64,000 nucleotides of DNA from Paramoeba atlantica (taxonomy: Eukaryota; Protista; Discosea), in contig CDRNVI010000032.1 of the NCBI GenBank assembly GCA_977017575.1, positions 124,001-188,000 of the forward strand, given 5' to 3'. Shown one piece after another: positions 1 to 10,698 of the stretch. The stretch's first letter is position 1. Every line of letters begins with the position of its first letter. Under the pieces are notes generated by a model. That model made no database searches, was not told where the DNA came from, and worked only from the letters and a program-made list of their open reading frames with translations. The position numbers and the translations under genes are program-made.

Positions 1-204
1 GCTAAATAGGGGGGGAAGGTGGTAGTTGTTTTGGAGAATATGAGAGGCCGAACGCACGGAGGGGCCGGCCGGGCCAAAGAAGCTAGATCTTGTGTACCCG
101 TCCGCGACAGGAACCGGCTGATAAATTACCTTTGCTCCCGGTAAGGCCACGGAGTTGCGAGAGGCCTCCATACCCCACAACTGCCACCTTCCCCCCTATT
201 TAGC
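1..204. repeat. Short element bounded by ~27-bp inverted repeats (MITE-like), touching the window edge
   Basis: 1-28 GCTAAATAGGGGGGGAAGGTGGTAGTTG matches the reverse complement of 178-204 CAACTGCCACCTTCCCCCCTATTTAGC with one substitution and one G-run length difference; the left flank is not visible. Confidence 0.6.
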
Positions 205-214
205 GGGGGTTGCG

Positions 215-667
215 CACTGAGAACCTAGTATGTCTCGAGAAGTCTAGTATGTCACTGAGAACCTGTATGTCTACCCCTTCCGCAGGATTGTCCAGAGTCA
301 AGGCCCAACTGTGAGCGAAGCCCACTTCTGGAGGCAAAAGTCCCCATTTGCGAGCAAGGCCCAACCGTGAGCGAAGCCCACTTCTGGAGGCAAAAGCCCC
401 CATTTGCGAGCAAGGACCAACTGTGAGCGTAGCCCTGGGACAGAGTTATATTTTTTGGCAACCCGCGCGCTGGAGCGCGCGGGTCGCACACTGAGAACCT
501 ATGTCTACCCCTTCCGCAGAATTGGCCAGAGGCAAGGCCCAACTGTGCGAAGCCCACTTCTGGAGGCAAAAGCCCTCTTTTGCGAGCAAGGCCTAACCGT
601 GAGCGAACCCCACTTCTGGAGGCAAAAGCTCCAGCGCGCGGGTCGCGCACTGAGAATCTATGTCTAG
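215..667. repeat. Composite tandem repeat: 56-bp unit inside a ~235-bp higher-order repeat
   Basis: Unit CAAGGCCCAACTGTGAGCGAAGCCCACTTCTGGAGGCAAAAGTCCCCATTTGCGAG occurs ~2.4x then ~1.8x; each block is headed by CACTGAGAACC(TG)TATGTCTACCCCTTCCGCAG (253, 489); GC hairpin at 461-484. Confidence 0.85.
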
Positions 668-800
668 GATTGTGCAACGCGGACAAACAGCGCGGGTGAG
701 CTCACAGAGAAGTTGAAAGCTGTGTGACCTAATTTACCCGTCCGGAGGAGCTCCACCACTGATGAGTATGGCGGGGGAAGATTTATGGATGGGAGGCGAT

Positions 801-857
801 TTTTCTGTCCAAAGGCACTTTATTTGTCCAAAGGCATTTTATCTGTCCAAAGGCATC
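801..857. repeat. 3 x ~19-bp tandem repeat (TGTCCAAAGGCA core)
   Basis: Three TGTCCAAAGGCA cores read directly. Confidence 0.8.
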
Positions 858-1031
858 GGTCCTGTCCGGTCGCCATGAAAACGAAAGCACAATGGAGCGT
901 ATGTAGACAGTAGAAAAAGTACGTCAGCATTCTTTTCAAAATTACAGTTGAATATTCCATATTTTGGGGATTGTGCGATGTGGCTGAGACTTTGTGAAAA
1001 TAGGAAACGAGATAAAAAGAGTTCACCAGCT

Positions 1032-4000
1032 CTAAAGTTCTATGGTTGGCTTTAATGCTTTCCACGAATGTACTCTACATCGTCCGGAAGGAAGTAGAGG
1101 AATGATGTCATTTTCTTCCCAGTTTCTAATTTGAGATAACAATTGAGGTGACAATTGATGGTGCGAATCCGCTGCCTTGTACAGCTGTTGAAGTATCTTT
1201 TTTGAAAGCAAAGATTTTTTTGAGTCACATCTTTCTGGACTGAGTCGGACGGCAAGAGAAACGTTCGAACGGACGATTGTAAGCCAAGGTAAACAAACGG
1301 GAATGGCAACATTAGTCTCACCAATAGAAGAGACCGCCTCCGATTCTTGTGACGGGATTATGAATGTAGAAGAACCGAAAAACAGTTTCTCTTCATTCGA
1401 TAAAAAGAAAGAGGTATTTTGACTAACAATGCTGTTCAATGCTAATCTTTCGGGTCTTTTGTAAATTCTATTATTCTCAACATCGTGATCATCTACAATC
1501 GGGGTTGATTCGTTCATATTTCGTTCCATATCAATGCTGATTTTTACATCTTGTTCTGTGGAAAGAGAAGCATTCACATGATTCTTTTCTATTGGTTGCT
1601 CTGGTGTGGAGTTAACTCCCCACTGCTCCTTATGTTTCGCAATTTTCTTTAGTTTAGTCTTACTGATGCCTTTCTTTTGCAAAATTCTCTTCGTGTCTTC
1701 AGTCGCAGGATTTAGCTCGGTGTTACCCGTCCTTGGATTCAAAAAAATTAGAGAATGAGCACTAGAATCATGTACCGGCGATTTCTTGCGAAATTGAGTC
1801 CCATTTTCATTTGACAATCTGTGTTTTATTGGCGGAGAGGGAGTTTCCTTTGGAAGACACAATGCTGTACACCCTAGTTCCAGAGCCATAATGTTCTCTC
1901 GCTCTATTTCACCAGTAAAAGTAAGCGTAAGATTGAAAGATACTTTTTTATTTGACACCGATTGCTTGCCTGGCCCAGGCTCCAATGCATTTACATCTTG
2001 TGTTGTTTCCAACCTAGCATGCTTAGCCCAAGAAAAGACAACCTGCCTTTCGGTAGAGCAGATCGATAGTTTGCGTTGCTTTTTATCCCACATGGAGGAG
2101 TAACATGCGGAAAATATTGCTGCTTCTTCTAGAGAGTGTAAAATCATGGGTTTCACGACATTCAAAGCTAAATCCTGACCAATTTCGACCCCAAGGCTTG
2201 CGAAAGATAATTTTATGACTGCCAATGAAATAAACTCATGTCCTCGATTTAAGGAAAATATAGTTGATGAGGGCGTGCTTTCCAAAGTGTTAGTATCTAT
2301 TAGAAGTACAATGTCCTCCTTCGATACGTACCGCTTCCACAACAATTCATTTTGAGTTTTATCGCGAGCTACTACTACCAGAAAATTTTGAGACGTCTTG
2401 AACCAAAGAAACTTTTCAAACCAAGCAGAGACGCGTTGGTAAAGAGGAGCCTTACGAATTTGAGTTTGTTTCCTTTGTATTTTTTGAGAAGCTAGAAAAG
2501 CGCCTTTCGCGGCCTTGCTTTCAGATGCAAGCGTCTTTTCCAACTTTGCATGCTGTTTTTTTCGGACATCATAAAAGGTTTGTGCATTCTGATAGGCATT
2601 GAGGTCGACAGACAACGTTATTTCTAGGAAATCATTGTCTCGCATCTTTTCAGCCAAAACTGAGTTCATGTTTGCAGTGGCAGATGATAGTTCCTCTGAA
2701 TTTTCATTTCCGGGATCTGAATAGGGCAATTTTAAAGTGATTTCACGTTTTTCAAGATTAAATCGACACAAGCGATCAAAAAGACTATCACCTTCACGGT
2801 GTCGTCTTGCAACAAGGCGACTAATATCATCCCAAGAAATACGTCGGTTTAACGCCTCACGGAACACGGTTAGCAGTGACTCCACGACATCCATATTTTG
2901 ATAGATAGTCAATGCTTGCAGTTCTCTTCTCACTTCTTCCTTTTGTAATGATTGAACCCGTCGTCGATGCTCTCGCTCAAAACGCACAGTTTTTGATTCT
3001 GCTTCTGTGAATAACTTTTCACGGTGCGATTCCACGTTCCGTATTTCTTCAAAAGTATAATAGGTATCCAGAGCATGATTTAGCGAAGATAAACGTTCTT
3101 CAATGAGCATGTTCTTTAAATGTACAATGGGAAGGAATGAGAATACTACAGGTGGATAGTTACTCATTGTCTCTTGCGGCTGATGTGTTGATAGTTGCTT
3201 GTTCAAGTTTTGATACTCACCCTGATTCAAGGAGACTTTTTCCATCATGTCATCTGTTGTGAAGTTTTCCATTCGTTCCAGAGTATCAGGGACCTGTAAC
3301 GCAGGAGAAAGAGGAGGTTCTTGGCGATTACTTTCTTGAATTTGAACACGTTTTCGATATAAAAATCCGAAAGATTTCGTTTCTGGTTCGGAAATTCGTC
3401 CTTGTATTTCTGTGGCGCAAGTCATCAATTCGAAACTAAGACTGTGGAGAAGAGAAGGGTGACTCAGTACGGCCAAACAAGTGGTAGAGAGATCTATTGG
3501 TTGAAGACCATTTTCAGCTTCAATGCGACCAAAAGCAACGTGAAGGATGTGATCGATAAGAACAGGTCCTAAAAATGTGGCGCGCAACAAAGCTTGGCGT
3601 AATCGCATAGAGGAATTCTCCAAAAGCACTGTTTTAAATGCATTTTCCCATTTGCACACTTTATCATTAGTAGAAATCTTTGCCTTAATAAATGGAAACA
3701 TCTGATTAATCTGACTCGTTGTGACACAAGTATCGATGAGTCTGTTTGGGTCGACATTAGAAATCGCATTCCGTCCATCTGTTTCGGCGTTTATTTGCGC
3801 AGTCTTCTCGCTATCAACTTTGCGAGCACCTCGATCGACAAGTTCCGGACGGAGCGCCGCTAGTACTAAGCGATCAGAGTCCATTAAGATAACGTTACCT
3901 TTACCATAGCATTCCGTTACCAAGAAGTAGTTCGTCCCGCTTTCAAAGCCGAAAGCAAGACACACTACACGATCTCCGCGCTCAACGCAAACATCTCTTA

Positions 4001-4310
4001 CTACAGTATTACGAAGGTGCTTTCGTAGTTTCATGGTAAATCCAGAAGGGTGCGCGTGGTCTACCCCGGTAGGCCTTTTATACCACGTACGATGAATTCG
4101 CCATCCACTTTCAAGAGCCACAGTGAACTTTTCATGTGGCACCGAACGTGAAGTAAGTTTAACTGTGTAAAAGCCGTCTCTCGAGGTGTTATCGTAGATA
4201 TTGTTTACACGAGAACCGATCAAAAAGGCTTTTAATTCTTCGATAACAATCACAAGATCCGGAAGAGACATTCGTTGACGAGAACCGAGAGTCATGATAT
4301 CGGTCGCCAT
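1032..4310 (-). CDS. NEMF: Ribosome quality-control NEMF/Rqc2 (NFACT family)
   Basis: 1092 aa; N-terminal RMSLPDL and GDRVV (NFACT-N), coiled coil, WFEKFLWFKTSQNFLVVVARDKTQNELL (NFACT-R). Confidence 0.88.
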   Translation of the reverse strand: MATDIMTLGSRQRMSLPDLVIVIEELKAFLIGSRVNNIYDNTSRDGFYTVKLTSRSVPHEKFTVALESGWRIHRTWYKRPTGVDHAHPSGFTMKLRKHLRNTVVRDVCVERGDRVVCLAFGFESGTNYFLVTECYGKGNVILMDSDRLVLAALRPELVDRGARKVDSEKTAQINAETDGRNAISNVDPNRLIDTCVTTSQINQMFPFIKAKISTNDKVCKWENAFKTVLLENSSMRLRQALLRATFLGPVLIDHILHVAFGRIEAENGLQPIDLSTTCLAVLSHPSLLHSLSFELMTCATEIQGRISEPETKSFGFLYRKRVQIQESNRQEPPLSPALQVPDTLERMENFTTDDMMEKVSLNQGEYQNLNKQLSTHQPQETMSNYPPVVFSFLPIVHLKNMLIEERLSSLNHALDTYYTFEEIRNVESHREKLFTEAESKTVRFEREHRRRVQSLQKEEVRRELQALTIYQNMDVVESLLTVFREALNRRISWDDISRLVARRHREGDSLFDRLCRFNLEKREITLKLPYSDPGNENSEELSSATANMNSVLAEKMRDNDFLEITLSVDLNAYQNAQTFYDVRKKQHAKLEKTLASESKAAKGAFLASQKIQRKQTQIRKAPLYQRVSAWFEKFLWFKTSQNFLVVVARDKTQNELLWKRYVSKEDIVLLIDTNTLESTPSSTIFSLNRGHEFISLAVIKLSFASLGVEIGQDLALNVVKPMILHSLEEAAIFSACYSSMWDKKQRKLSICSTERQVVFSWAKHARLETTQDVNALEPGPGKQSVSNKKVSFNLTLTFTGEIERENIMALELGCTALCLPKETPSPPIKHRLSNENGTQFRKKSPVHDSSAHSLIFLNPRTGNTELNPATEDTKRILQKKGISKTKLKKIAKHKEQWGVNSTPEQPIEKNHVNASLSTEQDVKISIDMERNMNESTPIVDDHDVENNRIYKRPERLALNSIVSQNTSFFLSNEEKLFFGSSTFIIPSQESEAVSSIGETNVAIPVCLPWLTIVRSNVSLAVRLSPERCDSKKSLLSKKILQQLYKAADSHHQLSPQLLSQIRNWEENDIIPLLPSGRCRVHSWKALKPTIEL

Positions 4311-4686
4311 TTCCCAGAAAAAAATGATATATTTTTTTAAAGATTCTCACATGTGTGGAAAACTAAATAAATTTTAAGACGAAAAATATAGATCCGAAAA
4401 TCACACAAACGAATTACTCCACCCCCCTATCTTAGCTTTGCCTAGGCTACCTGAGCACCCCCTACTTTAATAAGGTTGCTTTTGAGGGACTTGACTCTTG
4501 CCGCGAATACCCCCTATTGACATTACTTTTTATGAAAAACGAGAAACGTTAGAGTAGGGGAGGAGAGCGCTTCAATTCTTCATTCTACTTTTCTATCAAT
4601 GGTGATTCCTGTTGATAACCATGTTTTACTTCGTTATTATAACAATCCCGTTGGCATTGTCCGATGGTAGAATATCTAGAGATATA

Positions 4687-5292
4687 TTATTTCTTTGATG
4701 CCCGTTTCTTCTTAATGATTTTTGTGTCTGATATGTCGATGCTCAGTGTTTGGTGAAGTTCTTCATCGAATACGCCATCCAATTCGCTGTTACTTGCGAG
4801 GTCAAGATAGCCTAACGTAGGAGGCAGCCCAGAAAAGTCAAGGTAGCCGTGGAATCGATTATTGTAGACTGATAAATAAGAAAGATGAGACGGCAAGTGG
4901 GAGAGATTCATTTCTCCCTCAAAATCATTGCCATGGAGGCAAAGGCGGTGCAAGAGATCCGGAAGACCTGTAAAATCGACAGTTCCGGAAAAATGTTTAT
5001 TACTCCACTGATAGTGCGTTAACGTAACTTCAATAACAGATGCAGGCAGATATTCAAGATGAAGTACACCCCCGGATCGTACGTCTGTCCAATTAATTCG
5101 CACCTCATCCTTATCTCCTTCGATGGTAACGCCTTTCCACTCTTCCGCTGGGTGATATGTGGACCACGACGGGAGCTTTGTGTCAACCTCGGCGACAATT
5201 TGCGCTAAGGCATACTCAAGCGGAAGGGAGGATCCGCGAACTTTTCCTGTTTTACGCAGCACGGACGTATCCGATTGATTGAACAATAGCAT
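4687..5292 (-). CDS. Leucine-rich repeat protein (dispersed family, copy 1)
   Basis: KVRGSSLPLEYAL leader, W...EWKGV cap, LxxLxLxxNxFxGxxDxxxLP repeats. Confidence 0.85.
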   Translation of the reverse strand: MLLFNQSDTSVLRKTGKVRGSSLPLEYALAQIVAEVDTKLPSWSTYHPAEEWKGVTIEGDKDEVRINWTDVRSGGVLHLEYLPASVIEVTLTHYQWSNKHFSGTVDFTGLPDLLHRLCLHGNDFEGEMNLSHLPSHLSYLSVYNNRFHGYLDFSGLPPTLGYLDLASNSELDGVFDEELHQTLSIDISDTKIIKKKRASKK

Positions 5293-5570
5293 TGTTTTAG
5301 GTTTTCCTAATTAACACTGAGTTTAAAAAAAGCAAGGTCCTAGAAGTGACAAAAAAAGTTGCGGTACTTGTAAAAGTACCTCTACGTTCAATTACTGCAA
5401 CTTATTGCACCATGGCAGCTTTAAATATGACTAGCATAGTCGCGAGTTTTTTAAAAGGACAACTACTGAATTTTACTTAAAGGGATTTAGTAGGAGCGAA
5501 TAATGCAGCACTAAATAGTTCAAAAAAATGATTCAAAAAGGTGCTATCCTTTAGTGCTGTAAAGAAACTT

Positions 5571-6647
5571 CTACGAATCACGATGAACTATGTTGTCCGT
5601 GTCGGAGTTCTGTAGCATACGTTTGCGACGCCTGGTAGAGTGCGAAAAATCAACTAAAATTCTTCTATCATCTAAAAGTACACCGTTGGCGTTAATATAG
5701 GCTTTGCGACAATCATCGACGGATTCAAATTCCACGAACGCATATTGTAATGACCTTTGCGTCTTTGCATCACTAGGCATCTGTATCTCAAGAAGAGGTC
5801 CAAATTGCTCAAAAAATTGAGTCACGCCTTCCTTGGTAGTTAAAGGATTTAACTTACAGACAAATAAGGTGCGGATGGGTTCCTCCAAGGATGTACTGTG
5901 CGAATCTCTTCGGCCCAGGAGTTTAAGAATTTGTTCGTGTCGTTCGGTTTTAATAGCATCTAAGTTGCACAATGAGTCAGATTCCGTATCGCTCTCCAAA
6001 GCTTTCATATTTGCTTGATACTCTGCGTGAAAATGTAATTGTTCGATCATAGCATTTCGTACTAAGGGGCTCAGACCTTCAGATACAAGCGCGTTGTGAG
6101 GTTCCACAAGAACGTGTACGCGACGAATTTTCACCTTTCGTAGCGGAACACCATGTGAAGAAATTAACACTTTATTGAGTCGCTCCAGAGTTTCCAATCC
6201 ATCTTTCGTTACTCCTATGAGATCGCCACATTTTTCTGCAAGTCGTGAGACAATACTGAAGCTGTGACTTAGTGATAAAATTAGTTGTGATGTTTGATGC
6301 CTCGAGTCGGGGCATTTCGAAAGAAAAAGGCTACCATAGGTTAATAAATCTTTGGGAGTGCTGCCAAACGAAGTTTCAAATCCACCACAGGAATTTGATT
6401 GATTCATAAATATGTGAGGCTGCACCGGTGGGGTATTTGCATAGTTCGCATCATAGCTGCGACCAAACTTTGCAAATCCACGTTTTTGAATAAAACAGAA
6501 TAAGTCGCCATCGTAATAATTTTCCTGCGCCATTCGTATGACGTTCCAGATTGCTTTGGGTGAGAGCGATGGGAAAAGGTCCACTACGAAAGGCCCCAGG
6601 GAGGTATCAAAAAGTAAAGCCCCGTCAGCAGAAATAGATCGACTCAT
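5571..6647 (-). CDS. PPIL4: Cyclophilin-like + RRM protein (PPIL4/Rct1-like), degenerate PPIase domain
   Basis: LLFDTSLGPFVVDLF start, VKIRRVHVL, LFVCKLNPLTT and SLQYAFVEF...DDRRILVDFSHS RRM typical of PPIL4. Confidence 0.8.
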   Translation of the reverse strand: MSRSISADGALLFDTSLGPFVVDLFPSLSPKAIWNVIRMAQENYYDGDLFCFIQKRGFAKFGRSYDANYANTPPVQPHIFMNQSNSCGGFETSFGSTPKDLLTYGSLFLSKCPDSRHQTSQLILSLSHSFSIVSRLAEKCGDLIGVTKDGLETLERLNKVLISSHGVPLRKVKIRRVHVLVEPHNALVSEGLSPLVRNAMIEQLHFHAEYQANMKALESDTESDSLCNLDAIKTERHEQILKLLGRRDSHSTSLEEPIRTLFVCKLNPLTTKEGVTQFFEQFGPLLEIQMPSDAKTQRSLQYAFVEFESVDDCRKAYINANGVLLDDRRILVDFSHSTRRRKRMLQNSDTDNIVHRDS

Positions 6648-7105
6648 CTAGTAGATTCTCATGTGAAAACGGGGGTTTAAAGGAAAAGATACTGCGGAAG
6701 AATATTTGGATAATATTGAATAAAGAAGAGCCTTTAGATCGTATGAATGTGTAACAAGTACACTATGCAGTTTACTGTATAGGGTACCACATGGGCAATT
6801 TAAGCTGTTGAAGTTAATGAGTGCAAGCTAATGAGCGTATAACTAGACTGGATTGCACATGACTAGACTGGATTGCGGCTGCGTGCAACTTATAGGGGAG
6901 GTACTTAATCTGAAAAGAAATACCCCACGAGAAACGTCACGAGCCCCGACTGCCTGTTTTGGTTAGAGTTTGCCAGACCGGAAAAAGGAAAAAAATTGCA
7001 CGCCCTCTTCGTATGCAGAAATGCACATTAAAAGGAGAATGGCATTAAAAGTCGAGTGATGCGAAAGATTTCTCTTTGTAACATAATTGCCATCTTTGTG
7101 TGCTA

Positions 7106-7567
7106 TCATTGTTTCAATTCGTTTTTTCGAGGACACTTTCGAGAAAAATGTTCAAGCGATCCACAATAACGACAGGCATCACTTTGTAGATCACTTTTCG
7201 TACGAATTTGATCCACAAAAAAAGTAGACCCCATACTTTCAGTACTATCCCCTTTTGCGCTCCTCTCAGAAGTGCGGTCAATATCTGTACGTTCGCATGG
7301 CGCTGTTCGTTTTTCGTATTGCATGCGTTTTATTGAGATAACCTGACCACAGACTTGAGCACCGCTCAGCTCCTTTAATATTTGGTCACTAACATCAACG
7401 TCACATCGTATGATGAAGGTGTTACCAGAGCAGTCTGAATTTCGAACTTTCTTTTGGTTAATGGAATAGACGAATGGCGAGTAATTTGGTCCTAGTAGGG
7501 CCTGAACACAAGAAACATCGGCATAGAAAGGGAGGTCGCTTAGAACGAGTTTTTCACTTGAAGACAT
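7106..7567 (-). CDS. RRM-like + CCHC zinc-knuckle protein
   Basis: LVLSDLP N-terminal RRM-like segment; CRYCGSLEHFSRKC knuckle. Confidence 0.7.
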   Translation of the reverse strand: MSSSEKLVLSDLPFYADVSCVQALLGPNYSPFVYSINQKKVRNSDCSGNTFIIRCDVDVSDQILKELSGAQVCGQVISIKRMQYEKRTAPCERTDIDRTSERSAKGDSTESMGSTFFVDQIRTKSDLQSDACRYCGSLEHFSRKCPRKNELKQ

Positions 7568-7822
7568 TTAATTTTGGAAATATGACCACTAAAATATACA
7601 ATTGAACTACGGAAAATACATACATTGTGGCGCTAAATGTATACTGTAGCACTAAATACAACCCATATTTAGAAATATCTTTTTTTGGTATCCTACAGCC
7701 TTGCACTAAGTTGTTCTCTATTATGCTTCAGTAATCGAAGATGTCGCAGTACGACTACCGCAACAGAAAGAGAATTTAACGTTGTATCCAATACCAATAA
7801 AGTAATTGAATGTGAATTTTCA

Positions 7823-8818
7823 TCAATAGAAGTATGGTATTTCACGGGAAACTAATGGTTCCTTGGGCAACACTTTCTTGTTCTTTGTATAGCGTGTGTC
7901 TCGCAGAGCGCAAGGATCCTCCGTAAGCATCCGCCGCAGCTGCTGACGATTTTTGTCCGTTTCCCACGTTGGAAGTGACTGTAGTTCATCCCGTAACCGA
8001 GTATCGTCGTGTTCGAAATGACCATGTAAGGATATATGTGATGTAGAAGTTTGAGTTTTTGCACTTTTTTCCGTGTCCGTGGGTCGTTGAGATTTTAGAG
8101 AAACTGCACGCCTCTCACATGCAGGGCAGGGAAAGGCTGGAAATTGCTCAAGATCGTCGAAGCTAGGGAAGGGAACTCTCTCTGTTCTTAGCGGCTCAGA
8201 GACGATCGAATTCAAGGTGGAAGAAAAAGTGCCGTTTTCTTGTAAGACGCATCCGCAAAGAGAACAAGGTGATCTAACAGTCGTCCCTTTTTCCTTCTCA
8301 AATTCGCTATCAAAATCTGGAGTCTCATCGCGATCGTTATTCAATTGGTGAGACATTTCCGAACTCAATTCACCAATAGGGGTAGATACTACTCTCAGGT
8401 TCTTGAGTTTTGACTCTGTTTTCTCCTGTATTTCCTGCAAGGAATTCTTTGAAATTATGTTACTGGAGTTTCGGCTAGATGATGGCCTTCTGATGATATG
8501 ATCTTTCTCCGATTGTTTGGGGGCTACGGATAGACCACTTGATTGCTTTGCTTCATCAGCCGCAAAGAGTATGACCCTACTTGGTATGTAATTCGCGGTT
8601 TTAGACTGTTCTTCACTCATTTCTAACTTAGACATCACAGTGGAAGGTCTCAAAGGTTCGGGTTCAGTGCCATAGAGCGCCTCTGACACGGTTTGATGAT
8701 CGTCGCTACGAGCCGCTTCGCTAGAAAAAACGCTGCGCGCATTTTTGTTAGAATGAGGACTTCCGGAATCTCCAATCCACCGGATTTCAGTTAAGGGATC
8801 AGTTCCATCTTGACTCAT
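7823..8818 (-). CDS. Hypothetical protein, low complexity with two CxxC pairs
   Basis: ~330-aa ORF co-oriented with neighbours; CSLC and CPAC; first ATG at 8818. Confidence 0.65.
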   Translation of the reverse strand: MSQDGTDPLTEIRWIGDSGSPHSNKNARSVFSSEAARSDDHQTVSEALYGTEPEPLRPSTVMSKLEMSEEQSKTANYIPSRVILFAADEAKQSSGLSVAPKQSEKDHIIRRPSSSRNSSNIISKNSLQEIQEKTESKLKNLRVVSTPIGELSSEMSHQLNNDRDETPDFDSEFEKEKGTTVRSPCSLCGCVLQENGTFSSTLNSIVSEPLRTERVPFPSFDDLEQFPAFPCPACERRAVSLKSQRPTDTEKSAKTQTSTSHISLHGHFEHDDTRLRDELQSLPTWETDKNRQQLRRMLTEDPCALRDTRYTKNKKVLPKEPLVSREIPYFY

Positions 8819-9053
8819 ACGGACCACATTAAGTTACTGTTCGAATTGTGCTAGAAAATGATCCTACTGCACTAAATACATTCCCACCACTCTATTCCTC
8901 ACCAAATATACGCAACATCAACAAAAATCCCAATCCATTTTCCATGGGTTCTATACACACACCACGCACTCCACCCCCCCCTAAAAAAAATTTGTTCGAA
9001 AAAAAGGTTTCAAACCAAAAAACCGAAACACAAAAAATCCCCCTTCCCCCCTT

Positions 9054-10025
9054 TCAATACCTCTTCACCGCATCCGGCTGTATCGCCGAGTGCCACGCCT
9101 CCCCGCTCGCCTGCATCTCGCGCTCCCTCGCGAGCCGGTCCGCCCCCTGCACCCGGGTCCACACCCTCTGTGCCACCCCCACGTTCTCCAGGTAGGCCAC
9201 CCAGTTGCGTTTGAGCAACGCGGTCTCCTCCATGGCCATGTAGGGCACCGGGAGGTCCAGCGGGGGGATGGAGGAGGGGGCGGGGGCGCCCGGGGACCCC
9301 GGGGGCCGGTACGGCTGCCCCCCCCTGCCGTACTCCGGGTAGTGGTGGTAGAGCGTGGCCTTGCCCGTGGGGGTACGGGACCAGACCCGCCCCGCGGGGG
9401 AGTGGATGAACCGGGCAAACTCGGTTTGGCGGTAGGTCCACTCCTGTTGGCGGGTGTGGGCGCGGGTGTAGGGGATGGTGCGGTGGACGTGCCGTGGTGG
9501 TGATGGGGGGGAGGAGGGATGCGGAGCGTGAGGGAGAGGGGCGGTAGATCCTTGGAGAGTGCCTTTGGGGGTTTCGATGTCGGGGGTAGCCCCGTCTAGG
9601 GTAGGGGTGGTTTGGATGGTGTAGAACTCCGGGTTGTCACGGATGCCAAGCACCACGGGTTTTAGGTCCGTAAGGAACTGTTTGTAGATGCGTAACTCGG
9701 CCTGCGCCATGAGATCCCGCCCCTCTTGCCGGGCTTTGGAGTACGCACTGAGCAGTACCATTCGTTGGGTGTGGGAGGGGTAGTCCTCAAAGGAAGGGTC
9801 TACCCGTACACGCTTCACAAACCCCGCGGGGGTAATGGTGACCTCTACGTGACCGTTGAGCTCCGTCCCGACGCAGGCCATCTCGTCAAATCGGATCTGG
9901 TACTCGTATTTGTGGGAGTAGACGTACCCAAGTATACGCTGGAACTGCCGCTCGGGCATGAGGCGACGATGATGTGCCCACATGGCGCCTTGAACTCTTC
10001 GCAGGATGCGTTCGTAGACTTCCAT
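9054..10025 (-). CDS. Probable mitochondrial protein with YbaB/EbfC-like N-terminal domain
   Basis: GTELNGHVEVTITPAGFVKRVRVDPS resembles the YbaB/EbfC core; Arg-rich N-terminus; 3' half lies in a GC island. Confidence 0.55.
   Translation of the reverse strand: MEVYERILRRVQGAMWAHHRRLMPERQFQRILGYVYSHKYEYQIRFDEMACVGTELNGHVEVTITPAGFVKRVRVDPSFEDYPSHTQRMVLLSAYSKARQEGRDLMAQAELRIYKQFLTDLKPVVLGIRDNPEFYTIQTTPTLDGATPDIETPKGTLQGSTAPLPHAPHPSSPPSPPRHVHRTIPYTRAHTRQQEWTYRQTEFARFIHSPAGRVWSRTPTGKATLYHHYPEYGRGGQPYRPPGSPGAPAPSSIPPLDLPVPYMAMEETALLKRNWVAYLENVGVAQRVWTRVQGADRLAREREMQASGEAWHSAIQPDAVKRY
9060..9620. other. Intragenic GC island with skew inversion (island 1)
   Basis: 9241-9300 has 49/60 GC; plus strand 9121-9180 C34:G13 and 9481-9540 C6:G37. 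Confidence 0.85.
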
Positions 10026-10698
10026 GAGAAAATCAGGTCAGCGTTTCACTGAATCAGGGAGGATAACGAGGCAAATGTCATACTGTGTTTTACGTATAAC
10101 AAGGTCCTGTAAGAAACCTCTGTAGAAAGATACATGTATGTATATAAACGCTGTAGAAAGAATATAAACACGAGAGATTCTGCAAAAAAGTGCCTTCTGA
10201 GTGCGTGATAAAACAATTTAAGGGATTAACAATTACTCTGTAAGACATAGAATGCGCCATTTATGGCGCATCACAAATGAATCTGTGTAGATTGCAAATA
10301 ATTTTAGGTCAAAGGATAGCCATTCAAATATCTCATGGAAAAACGTTTCTAATTTTAAGAAGCTCAAAGAATATCTAAGGAAATTTGCTATAATGTGAAA
10401 CGCAAAAATAAAACTCAGCAAGAATTCAGGGTGCTTAGGCCAAGGACCAATAATAATAACTACATTTATACAATTTATACAACTACATTTATCCCCCGAA
10501 CACCATTTCTCTGAAATACAAGCTCCATGATAGCTGTTTTTATTAAATGTTCCATTAGAAAGGCTTCAAAAAGTGAGAAAGATTAATAATTTACTTGTTA
10601 AAAATAAATGGTTCTTAGTAATAGATGACCCCCCCTTACTTACTCCTTACCCGGTAAGATTTTCCTCACATTTCCACCTACTAATGCCCTAAAGGACC

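Noticed and set aside
253-667. 56-bp repeat as a CRISPR array
   Set aside because: Units are head-to-tail with no unique spacers, no cas genes are present, and the context is eukaryotic
820-1065. 81-aa ORF overlapping the NEMF 3' end
   Set aside because: Overlaps a conserved gene, ends in a tandem repeat, and has no motif
9010-9503. Overlapping ORFs in alternative frames within GC islands (also 12123-12516, 22685-23285, 37608-37987)
   Set aside because: Shadow ORFs caused by scarcity of AT-rich stop codons in high-GC tracts; low-complexity translations
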